A DNA stretch of 49,103 nucleotides from Deltaproteobacteria bacterium (lineage in GTDB: Bacteria > Desulfobacterota > Desulfomonilia > UBA1062). Positions 18,798-27,225 of this stretch are shown here, in pieces. The notes below the pieces were generated by a model. It was not told the DNA's origin. It saw only the letters and a program-made list of their open reading frames with translations, and made no database searches. A program made the translations under genes and the position numbers. Positions within the stretch are counted from its first letter, which is position 1. Each line of letters starts with the position of its first letter. The stretch is taken from positions 1 to 49,103 of the forward strand of contig DSAD01000259.1 in NCBI GenBank assembly GCA_011372875.1. Reading direction: 5' to 3'.

Positions 18798-19571
18798 ATG
18801 GATGAGAAAAGGGGTCATGAGCGTGAAGCATTGAAGATAGAGGCGCGCTATCAGGATATAGCGGGCAATGTTCTGCGCGGGACCGTGCGCAATATATCTC
18901 TGTGTGGCGCTTATATCGAGACTCAGGAACCCCTTGCTATCGGTTCTCCTTTAAACCTTGGTCTCGATGTTACGGACATTGGGAAGATCTTTGATGTGCA
19001 TGGTTATGTATTTAGGATTGACCCGGGTAAGGGTATGGTTGTAGGATTCACAGAGACTAGCAACCTGGCATTGCGGGAACTCATCGACATGATGAAGCGG
19101 CTTATGTATCATACGGATAATCTGCGGGAGATTGCAGGAAATGATGCGGGCTCCCTGTTAAAGAATACGGAAAATATGTCGAATAATAAAGTAGATCAGG
19201 GTGACAGGGTGATACGTAGAGATAAAAGAAGACATTCCAGAAAATTATTGAGGATCGAGGCGCGGTATCAGGACAACCATGGCAAGGTGTTGAAAGGTAC
19301 GGTAAGGGACATCAGCGCCGGTGGTGTATATATCGATACGAGCTATCCTTTAGAACCTCTGTCGGAACTCTCTCTCAGCCTGGATGCGGTAGATATAGGC
19401 AAGGTCATCGATGTATACGGCCATGTGATCAGAACTGTTCCTCACCGGGGCATGGCTATTGAGTTTGCCGACAAGAGTAACCGTGACATCAAGCTTCTTC
19501 TGAACGCTATGAGAAAGCTCGACCAGGCATCGCTTCTCTCTCTGAGCAGGTCCGCAATGGGTGGAGAATAG
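18798..19571 (+). CDS. Tandem PilZ-domain protein (two c-di-GMP-binding modules)
   Basis: 257 aa from ATG 18798 (AGGA upstream). Module 1 has RGHER ... NISLCG and module 2 has RRHSR ... DISAGG, the RxxxR and D/NxSxxG motifs. The two modules are obviously paralogous. Confidence 0.8.
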   Translation: MDEKRGHEREALKIEARYQDIAGNVLRGTVRNISLCGAYIETQEPLAIGSPLNLGLDVTDIGKIFDVHGYVFRIDPGKGMVVGFTETSNLALRELIDMMKRLMYHTDNLREIAGNDAGSLLKNTENMSNNKVDQGDRVIRRDKRRHSRKLLRIEARYQDNHGKVLKGTVRDISAGGVYIDTSYPLEPLSELSLSLDAVDIGKVIDVYGHVIRTVPHRGMAIEFADKSNRDIKLLLNAMRKLDQASLLSLSRSAMGGE

Positions 19572-20043
19572 GTCTGTACTCTCCTGCTGTTTCCCCGTAA
19601 AGACTAATTTGTGTAAACAGATTTTATGCGAAGATATGCATAGCATGTTCCTGGACGACTACCTCGTCTCACGGCTTTTGACCCACTGTTAATGCACGTT
19701 GCGGAGCTGAACTTCCAGATATTAAGATCGGAAGACCCAAAGCGCCCCACATGCAAAGGGGTGTAACGGGTCTTTATGGCAAAGAATACTCTAGATGTTC
19801 GGATGCAGTCTTCTTGACCAGTGAGCAAAATACTTTTCATATAAGGTTATCTTCATCCAGGGGAGTTATCAGGCCGGAAGATAGAAGGATGTAAATAGAA
19901 AGTATTTACGATACATTATTTATCAAAGGGTGTTTCCGGCACAGGTTGTTTGTGTGCATACCCTGCTGATACTTGCTTTGCTGCGGTGATGCTGTTCTTT
20001 TTTGACTTGCCAAATCAAGGGAAAAGGCGTAGCTGAATTCATT

Positions 20044-20409
20044 ATGGCGTACGAGAATGTCTTTTCTCAGGTACCCAATATGAAAGGCCTGGCCCTTGAT
20101 CTGCCTTTTTTCCGTGTCAGATACGTAAAGATACAGGGTGATAAGCAAAAGCAGGTTTCATCCGAGAGCAGGATTAAGACCACCGCCTCGAGAAGGAATG
20201 AAGGCACTGTATCGCGGCCTATAAAGGTGCATTATACCGAACCTGCAAAGGTAACCACTTTGGGCCTCGATCTCATGGTATCGAATGCATCGGTGATTCA
20301 TGAACTCGTATACGGGCGTATGCACTACGATTCCGGTTATGGTGTATCCGGGGCGCGATACCCTGAGCCCAAGGAATCTTTTCCTCCTGCCCTTGATCTT
20401 ATTGTCTGA
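20044..20409 (+). CDS. Orphan hypothetical ORF (121 aa), coding status uncertain
   Basis: It is the only long ORF in the 19572-20428 gap and runs in the same direction as the HDAC gene, ending 19 nt before it. No recognisable domain and a weak RBS. It contains three L(A/G)LDL motifs. Confidence 0.3.
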   Translation: MAYENVFSQVPNMKGLALDLPFFRVRYVKIQGDKQKQVSSESRIKTTASRRNEGTVSRPIKVHYTEPAKVTTLGLDLMVSNASVIHELVYGRMHYDSGYGVSGARYPEPKESFPPALDLIV

Positions 20410-20428
20410 ATAATCTAGAGTATTTCTC

Positions 20429-21445
20429 ATGATTGGCATCGTTTCCGATCCAGTATTCATGGACCATGATACAGGCTGCTATCATCCGGAGAGTTCACTG
20501 CGGATTCAGTATATCCACACCCTTTTTTATCAGAAAAATCCCGGAATCAAGATGATAGATCCGGTGATCGCACGTGTTGATGATATCGCTCTCAATCATG
20601 ACATGTCATATGTGAGGAAGATAGCTGGATGCTGCCGTACTCACGATCTGGTGAACCTGGATATGGATACCGTGTGTTGTGAGGATTCCTACAATATCGC
20701 CCTGCTTGCAGCAGGCTCATTGATCAGGCTCACTGAGATGGCACTGAATCAGGAGATAGATGCCGGATTTGCCTTTGTAAGGCCTCCGGGACATCATGCA
20801 CTCAAAGCAAGGGCAATGGGTTTCTGCATCTTCAACAATGTTGCAATAGCTGCTCGTAACGCTCTTAAATATCAAGGAATAAAGAGGGTCATGATAGTCG
20901 ACTTCGATGTCCATCATGGAAACGGTACGCAAGACAGCTTTTATAACGACAAGAGCGTGCTTTATTTCTCAACGCATCAATATCCTTTTTATCCCGGCAC
21001 CGGGGGGGTATCGGACACAGGAAGAGGTAAAGGCCTGGGGTATACAGTCAACTGTCCATTGAGCGCAGGTAAACGCGACGGGCATTTCATAGCTGTTTAC
21101 AGGTATATTCTGGCTCCTGTCGTTCAGGCATACGAGCCGGAACTAATACTTGTTTCCGCTGGTTTTGATGCCCATGCAATGGATCCCATCGGCGGGATGG
21201 ATCTGAGTTCGAAGGGGTTTGGTGCCATAGCAGGAATTATTCGGGATGCAGCATGTCACGTATCTGCACCCATTATCTTTGCGCTCGAAGGCGGATATAA
21301 TCTCAATGCATTGAAAGACTCGGTCGCATGTGTTGTTGATATAATGAAAGGACAGGCATCCCCTGAGATACAACCTGTTTCAGGACAGGAACTGGATACC
21401 ATGATCGAGACCCACGGCAGATTCTGGCCGCTGGTTCGTCAATAA
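20429..21445 (+). CDS. Histone-deacetylase-family (class II / acetoin-utilisation / acetylpolyamine amidohydrolase-like) Zn hydrolase
   Basis: 338 aa. RPPGHHA, DFDVHHGNGTQ, GFDAH and EGGY motifs are all present. Confidence 0.9.
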   Translation: MIGIVSDPVFMDHDTGCYHPESSLRIQYIHTLFYQKNPGIKMIDPVIARVDDIALNHDMSYVRKIAGCCRTHDLVNLDMDTVCCEDSYNIALLAAGSLIRLTEMALNQEIDAGFAFVRPPGHHALKARAMGFCIFNNVAIAARNALKYQGIKRVMIVDFDVHHGNGTQDSFYNDKSVLYFSTHQYPFYPGTGGVSDTGRGKGLGYTVNCPLSAGKRDGHFIAVYRYILAPVVQAYEPELILVSAGFDAHAMDPIGGMDLSSKGFGAIAGIIRDAACHVSAPIIFALEGGYNLNALKDSVACVVDIMKGQASPEIQPVSGQELDTMIETHGRFWPLVRQ

Positions 21446-21486
21446 CAGGTATAAAGTTTCATTTTCTCGATGCCGAAGAATGCAAT

Positions 21487-22218
21487 ATGCTTGAGCCAAG
21501 GCCCATAGAGTCGGTAGAAGTAAAAGAATATCGCGCAGGCGAGCTGATTGTCCGCGAAGGAGCATCGAATAAATTCTTTTATGCAATCCTTCAGGGAGAA
21601 GTACAGATATATCAGCTCGACAAACCGATACGTATCCTTTCCGATCACGACGTGTTCGGCCTGGAGAACTACTACAGAGGTATTCCGTACAGTACCACGG
21701 CAAAGGCGACAAAGACATCCCGCATTGCGACATATGAGTCCGAATACATAGAGGACATCATCTATTCAAAACCCGGGCTTGTTACCATGCTTCTGCGATC
21801 AGCCTTTATTCAGCTCGAACAGACAACCGCGGTGGCCGAGTCGAATATCCCGTACAGCGAGACGATAAATCTTGACCTCAGGGAATATGAAGACGGCCAG
21901 ACAATAATTGAAGACGGAACATACGGGACAGAGATATACAAGCTTTTCCAGACAGAAGGCGGGCTGGAGGTTGTCAAGAAAGGTGTTCGGATAGGGCTTA
22001 TTACAAAACCGGGGGAATACTTCGGAGAGATGAGCTTTATTCTCAATGAACCCCGTGGCGCAACGATACGATCGGTTGGAAAGAGCGTGGTGGAAGTATT
22101 CCCGGTACAGGAAGGCGGCCTTGAACGGTTGATCCTGGAAAACCCGGAGATCGGCAACAGGATAATAACCACCCTTGCCGAACGTCTCAAGCAGGCTAAC
22201 CTGTTGATCGTGAAATAA
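21487..22218 (+). CDS. Protein made of two CAP-type cyclic-nucleotide-binding domains
   Basis: 243 aa. Module 2 has the canonical cassette YFGEMSFILNEPRGATIRS. Module 1 has VFGLENYYRGIPYSTTAKA, with the Arg replaced by Tyr. No output domain. Confidence 0.85.
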   Translation: MLEPRPIESVEVKEYRAGELIVREGASNKFFYAILQGEVQIYQLDKPIRILSDHDVFGLENYYRGIPYSTTAKATKTSRIATYESEYIEDIIYSKPGLVTMLLRSAFIQLEQTTAVAESNIPYSETINLDLREYEDGQTIIEDGTYGTEIYKLFQTEGGLEVVKKGVRIGLITKPGEYFGEMSFILNEPRGATIRSVGKSVVEVFPVQEGGLERLILENPEIGNRIITTLAERLKQANLLIVK

Positions 22219-23349
22219 TCAAGATTTCTTGCGCTTTTTGTTCAGAACCTCGCGTATCGCCGGGATTGCTTCGAGTGTCTTTTCTCTTCCCTCGGCAATG
22301 GTGCTTTCACCCTTGGTGAACTCCATGGATCTCACTTCGATGACAAGGGGCTCTATCAGGATATCCGGCTTTTCATACAGGAGCATGAGTCTGTTCTTCT
22401 GATACTGCTGAATGTTTGTTGCATTCATCAGGACCTCGAAGATATTCAGGGTGTCGGCCTTGTCCTTTCTGAAGAAACTGGTTTCTATAATTGAGGCTAT
22501 CTTGTCTTTGCTCTGGCCGATCTGTTCGGTAAAGGCACTGAGAAGATCGCTGTCAAGGATACTCTCGGCCTGGTTGCTGTTTGGTATGTTCAGTATCTTT
22601 TTTACCGACCTTATGCTCTCGGAAGTCTTGTGTCCCCGGATGGATTTCAGCAGACGGTCGATAAACCATCCTGACAGGTCTTCGTCTTGTTTCATCTCTT
22701 TTTTCTGAGCCGTCACGATGGCCTTCTTTGTTCCTGCATCCGATATGGAAGGCATTCTTGAGTGCAGATTGCATGCAATGGAAATATCCGGACTAAGAGA
22801 TTTCAGGATGTCTATGGGGAGAGGATCTGAGACTCCACCGTCGGTCAGGAGCCGGTCCATGTGCACAACGGGCTTGAAAATGCCGGGCATGGATATGCTT
22901 GCCATCACAGCATCTGTAAGAGGACCTGAATCGATCGGCACGGTCTCTCCTGTAAGCAGGTCGGTGGCTACAGCGACATAGCGCACCGGGAGGTCCTCTA
23001 TGAGGATATCCCCGAGGAGGTTTTTAAGGAATTTTCGTGCGCGCGCGCCGGCGAAGAGCCCTGAAATGGGAAAGACCGGGTCGGCATAGATTTTCAGTGC
23101 TTCGGTGAACGAGAGATTCGAGATAATGCCCTTGAAAGATTCAAGTACGCCTGCAGCATAAAAGGCGCCTACAGCTGCTCCGGCACTTGATCCGACAATG
23201 AGATCAATCGGGATATTGTGTTCGTCTAAAACATTCAGGACCCCGATATGGGCGCCACCCATTGCCCCTCCGCTGTCAAGCGCGATGCCTATGGACGGTC
23301 TTTTTGCGGTCATAATATACTGAGTACACAAATACTCGATGATATTCAA
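22219..23349 (-). CDS. Patatin-like phospholipase
   Basis: 376 aa. Oxyanion-hole DSGGAMGG, nucleophile GSSAG and catalytic DGG are present. A charged insertion of about 100 aa precedes the C-terminal segment. TTG start 23349, with an alternative ATG at 23313. Confidence 0.9.
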   Translation of the reverse strand: MNIIEYLCTQYIMTAKRPSIGIALDSGGAMGGAHIGVLNVLDEHNIPIDLIVGSSAGAAVGAFYAAGVLESFKGIISNLSFTEALKIYADPVFPISGLFAGARARKFLKNLLGDILIEDLPVRYVAVATDLLTGETVPIDSGPLTDAVMASISMPGIFKPVVHMDRLLTDGGVSDPLPIDILKSLSPDISIACNLHSRMPSISDAGTKKAIVTAQKKEMKQDEDLSGWFIDRLLKSIRGHKTSESIRSVKKILNIPNSNQAESILDSDLLSAFTEQIGQSKDKIASIIETSFFRKDKADTLNIFEVLMNATNIQQYQKNRLMLLYEKPDILIEPLVIEVRSMEFTKGESTIAEGREKTLEAIPAIREVLNKKRKKS

Positions 23350-23460
23350 TCGGAAGATTCCCCGTGCAGCTTGCTCAACGGTACTTTATCGATAATGTCT
23401 GTGAGGGTCTGATATCCTTACGGGGTAAAGAAAAGATGATGAGATACCGAATAATTCTTA

Positions 23461-24843
23461 ATGGATATCTTCTGGATCGGGCATACTTCTCCACCGGATG
23501 ACATGGATCTTATAATAGTCGATTCACTGGATCTGGTCCCGGATAATGCCCTTGTGTTCATCGGCGACAAAAGCTGTATCTCGTGGAGCGATATCACGGG
23601 GCAGAGGGCATACCTTGTCTCGGATCTTCCTATATCATCTCCCCTGCCGGAGCAGGTCATAGGGGTCATACCCAGAGACCCTGAGGTGATAGCTGCGATA
23701 TCGACACTGTATTCCGAGATGAGAGAATCCTATGATATCGGAGACAAGCTGATAAAGTCGCTTAATGATAAAGAACGTGCCATTGCAGAAAAACAGAAGA
23801 CCATCATTAGGGATAGCAAGCGTTATAATGCCATCATCAGCAATGCTACGGATATCATCTTCATGCTCGGTCCGACAGGGAAGATCATCTTCTGCAATAA
23901 AACCCTTGAAAGATATTTTGAAGGGGAATCACTGCCACTGATAGGTAAATCCTTTATCGAGGCCGTGATGGACGATGATAGAGGGCCTTTGGGTGAGATG
24001 CTGAAAAAAGGGTTCAAAAGCGGCCTTCCGGCCAAGATCGAGGTAAGGCTCAATCCTGTGAAAGGAAAGGCCGGAATATTCTCCCTTATGTCGACTCCTC
24101 TTGTTGAAGATGGGCGTATCTACGCGCTCTCGGTGATAGGAAGGGATATTACCGATATCCGTACCATGCAGCACAGGCTGAGCATACAGGCAAATGACCT
24201 GACCCTGATGATCAACGGTCTGGCTCATGAGCTGAGAAATCCGCTCATGGTCATAGGGGCGTATATCAGGAGGATCGAAAAAGAGGATGTCGATAATAAA
24301 AGTTCCAAAAGGATCAGGGCATTATCCGGGATTAATTCATCCATTAAACGCATTGAGGATATGATTGTCCAAATCGAGCAGTATGAGGCCATGGTAAACA
24401 TGAAACCCTGTTACACAAAGATTTGCCTTGGACGTCTTGTCAGGGAAGCAGCTTACGCTTATGAACCTTTCGTGTCCATTGTTGTCGATGCCGACGACGA
24501 CATTACAGCATTCAGCGATTATGAACATTTACGCAAGGCATTCCTGAGGATACTGGAAAATGCCATAGAGACAGGCACCGAAAGGGTTCATGTCTCCATT
24601 TCCAGAGAGAATACCTACGCATATATCTCTGTGAGGGATTATGGACCTGGAATCAAGGAAGAACTGGAAACCATTTTTGCCCCATTCTATTCGACAGATC
24701 CCATGAAAACTGGTCTCGGTCTAACCGAGACCAGGATAGCAATGGCAAAGATCAACTCATCCGTGGAGATAGTACCTCATGCCAATCCTGGAGCCATTGT
24801 CGCCTTGAAGATATTGTTGGATCGAAGAAATTCTTTAAGATAA
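23461..24843 (+). CDS. Cytoplasmic PAS-domain sensor histidine kinase (orphan)
   Basis: 460 aa. H-box HELRNPL, N-box ILENAIETG, G1 DYGPGI, G2 GLGLT. A PAS-like segment runs RYNAIISNATDIIFMLGPTGKIIFCN. The first 110 aa or so are unassigned. No adjacent response regulator. Confidence 0.9.
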   Translation: MDIFWIGHTSPPDDMDLIIVDSLDLVPDNALVFIGDKSCISWSDITGQRAYLVSDLPISSPLPEQVIGVIPRDPEVIAAISTLYSEMRESYDIGDKLIKSLNDKERAIAEKQKTIIRDSKRYNAIISNATDIIFMLGPTGKIIFCNKTLERYFEGESLPLIGKSFIEAVMDDDRGPLGEMLKKGFKSGLPAKIEVRLNPVKGKAGIFSLMSTPLVEDGRIYALSVIGRDITDIRTMQHRLSIQANDLTLMINGLAHELRNPLMVIGAYIRRIEKEDVDNKSSKRIRALSGINSSIKRIEDMIVQIEQYEAMVNMKPCYTKICLGRLVREAAYAYEPFVSIVVDADDDITAFSDYEHLRKAFLRILENAIETGTERVHVSISRENTYAYISVRDYGPGIKEELETIFAPFYSTDPMKTGLGLTETRIAMAKINSSVEIVPHANPGAIVALKILLDRRNSLR

Positions 24844-24901
24844 CTGCGATTGCATGATATATATAATCCCTGATATTCTTTTCTAAAAAAAGAAGGGGCA
24901 T

Positions 24902-25585
24902 ATGAGCGATCCCGAATGTATCCATAACGGAATATATATTATCGGTGGGCCTGGTATTTCCCATTTTCAGGATGCCGCGGTTTTTGTTGTACAGTGCGGC
25001 GATGAACTGGTAATGATCGATTCCGGTGCAGGGAAAAGCGCTTTGATGCTGCAGGAAAACATTTGCCGGTTAGGTCTTGATCCGGCAAGAATAACCGTCC
25101 TTATACTCACGCACTGCCATGTGGATCATATCGGTTCGGCAAAGTATTTTCACGATACCTTTGGTTGCGTTGTTGTTGCGCATGACCTGGATGCCCGTGC
25201 CATAGAGACAGGAGATGAAGTCCTGACTGCCGCCTCATGGTACAACACCAGGCTACCCAGGATTCATGTTGACAGAAGACTTGCCGGTGAAGAAGAGGTT
25301 CTTTCTTTCGGCAGTGATGAGCTCCATTGTCTCCATACCCCCGGCCATACACCCGGGTCCATCTGTGTGTATCTGGATAGAACCGGCAAGAGGATTCTCT
25401 TCGGCCAGGATATCCATGGCCCGTTCAGCCCGCAATTTCTTTCGGACATAGATATGTGGAGGGATTCCATGGAAAAACTCCTGGCATTAGATGCCGATAT
25501 ACTGTGCGAAGGACATTTCGGGGTATTCTTGGGCCGGGAAAAGGTGCATGGATATATTCAAGGCTACCTGGATCAGTATGCTTGA
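24902..25585 (+). CDS. Metallo-beta-lactamase-fold hydrolase
   Basis: 227 aa. THCHVDHIG motif with downstream His/Asp ligands. AGAAGGGG RBS. Confidence 0.85.
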   Translation: MSDPECIHNGIYIIGGPGISHFQDAAVFVVQCGDELVMIDSGAGKSALMLQENICRLGLDPARITVLILTHCHVDHIGSAKYFHDTFGCVVVAHDLDARAIETGDEVLTAASWYNTRLPRIHVDRRLAGEEEVLSFGSDELHCLHTPGHTPGSICVYLDRTGKRILFGQDIHGPFSPQFLSDIDMWRDSMEKLLALDADILCEGHFGVFLGREKVHGYIQGYLDQYA

Positions 25586-25713
25586 CATGTGCCCAGGTTT
25601 GCCTTGACTTTCTTGTGGATCTAAGATATCGACCGTCGGATTACCCCTTGGAAAAAGACACGGGATATCAATTGAATAGCAAAAATATTGTATGAGAAGA
25701 GGAGGGCAGGGTC

Positions 25714-26781
25714 ATGGCAAAATCTTATAATATCGCTGTCATCCCGGGAGATGGCACCGGGCCCGAGGTTGTTAAAGAAGGCATCAAAGTTCTTGGTGCA
25801 GCGGCTCACTGTGAAGGGATCACCCTCAATTATACAACCTTTGATTTTGGAGGGGAGCGATATCTGAAGACAGGGGAGATCCTTCCTGAGAGCGCCATTG
25901 ATGAACTCAGGCAGTTTGATGCCATATATCTCGGCGCAATCGGGCATCCTGATGTAAAACCCGGGATCCTTGAAAAAGGCATTCTCTTAAGGACCCGTTT
26001 TGAGCTGGACCAGTATATCAACCTGCGGCCGGTGAAACTATATCCCAATGTGGAAACCCCTCTTAAGGATAAAGGGCCTGAGCACATAGATTATGTTGTG
26101 GTAAGGGAAAACACCGGGGGTCTTTATACCGGTGCCGGCGGATTCACCATGAAGGGCACCCCTCATGAAGTTGCCCTCCAGTCCATGATTTATTCACGGT
26201 TTCAGGTTGAACGCTGTCTTAAATATGCCTTTGAGTATACCCGCAAGAGGAACAAGAGAAATACGCTTGGACTTGTCGGCAAGACCAATGTGCTGACCTA
26301 TGTGTATGATCTCTGGGAGAGGGTTTTCCATGAGATAGGGGCACACGACTACGCAGAGATCAAGCGGGAATACTATAATGTGGATGCTACCTGCATGTGG
26401 ATGGTGAAGAGCCCGGAATGGTTTGACGTCCTGGTTACCGGAAACATGTTCGGCGATATCATTACCGATCTCGGGGCGATCACCCAGGGTGGCATGGGCC
26501 TGGCTGCAGGAGGCAATATCAATCCGGAAGGTGTTTCCATGTTCGAACCTATCGGAGGGTCTGCACCGAAGTATACCGGGAAGAATGTAATCAATCCGCT
26601 GGCAGCTATCAGCGCTGCCCAGATGATGATGGATTTCCTGGGTGAGGAAGCGGCTGCTGCGAGGATCGAACGAGGGATAGTTGAGGTTCTTGCCCGTGAT
26701 ATAAAATCCCTGGCAGCAGGTCAGATGGGACTTTCCACTACAGAGACGGGAGACAGGGTTGCTCAGTATGCATCCGAGTAG
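25714..26781 (+). CDS. Beta-decarboxylating dehydrogenase of the tartrate/D-malate/3-isopropylmalate dehydrogenase (TtuC/DmlA-like) subfamily; probable LeuB function
   Basis: 355 aa. IAVIPGDGTGPEV, LRPVKLYP, VVVRENTGGLY and NMFGDIITDLG motifs. By eye it aligns better with DmlA/TtuC-type than with classical bacterial LeuB. Confidence 0.85.
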   Translation: MAKSYNIAVIPGDGTGPEVVKEGIKVLGAAAHCEGITLNYTTFDFGGERYLKTGEILPESAIDELRQFDAIYLGAIGHPDVKPGILEKGILLRTRFELDQYINLRPVKLYPNVETPLKDKGPEHIDYVVVRENTGGLYTGAGGFTMKGTPHEVALQSMIYSRFQVERCLKYAFEYTRKRNKRNTLGLVGKTNVLTYVYDLWERVFHEIGAHDYAEIKREYYNVDATCMWMVKSPEWFDVLVTGNMFGDIITDLGAITQGGMGLAAGGNINPEGVSMFEPIGGSAPKYTGKNVINPLAAISAAQMMMDFLGEEAAAARIERGIVEVLARDIKSLAAGQMGLSTTETGDRVAQYASE

Positions 26782-26799
26782 TCTGTAAAAAAGTCAGAT

Positions 26800-27219
26800 A
26801 TGATATTCATACCTGTCGCCGGATGGATTACAATATCCCTTGTGATGCTTGCCCTGCTGAATTTTGTTCTGAAACAGATAAGCAGAGACTATGTCAAGGG
26901 TCTTCACAAGGATTATAAGGCCTTTACAGATGCCTACAGGCGGTTCATGCAGCATATGATACGCCGTCACAGATATTTCGGCGTTGCCGCTCTGGCGAGC
27001 TTTCTTGTCCATGCCGGCCTGATACTGTTCTTCTCGTTCGGGATAGCCCTTACCGGTCTGATAACAGGCGTTCTTTTGTCAGCGGTTGTTTCGCTGGGTG
27101 GCTACGGATACTACGTCAATAAGGATATCAGATCATGGTGGGTCGCTGTTCACCGCGGATGCGCCTTCGCCCTTATGTTGTCTGCGCTTGTTCATGTATT
27201 CAGCAAGGTATACGTGTAG
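26800..27219 (+). CDS. Small 4-helix membrane protein with two H-x13-H helices (candidate b-type di-haem protein, DUF4405-like)
   Basis: 139 aa. HRYFGVAALASFLVH and HRGCAFALMLSALVH lie in predicted helices 2 and 4. No obvious RBS, so the start is uncertain. Confidence 0.55.
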   Translation: MIFIPVAGWITISLVMLALLNFVLKQISRDYVKGLHKDYKAFTDAYRRFMQHMIRRHRYFGVAALASFLVHAGLILFFSFGIALTGLITGVLLSAVVSLGGYGYYVNKDIRSWWVAVHRGCAFALMLSALVHVFSKVYV

Positions 27220-27225
27220 TCTTTT

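Noticed and set aside
19850-19895. caggccggaagatagaaggatg, which resembles the SRP RNA GGUCCGGAAGGAAGCAGC motif
   Set aside because: The match is only partial. There is no flanking helix 8/5 complementarity and no GGUGCUGUUU-type 5-prime arm.
25599-25627. Possible promoter TTGCCT-17-TAAGAT upstream of the DmlA-like gene
   Set aside because: Only 4 of 6 positions match in each hexamer, so it is not distinguishable from chance without TSS data.
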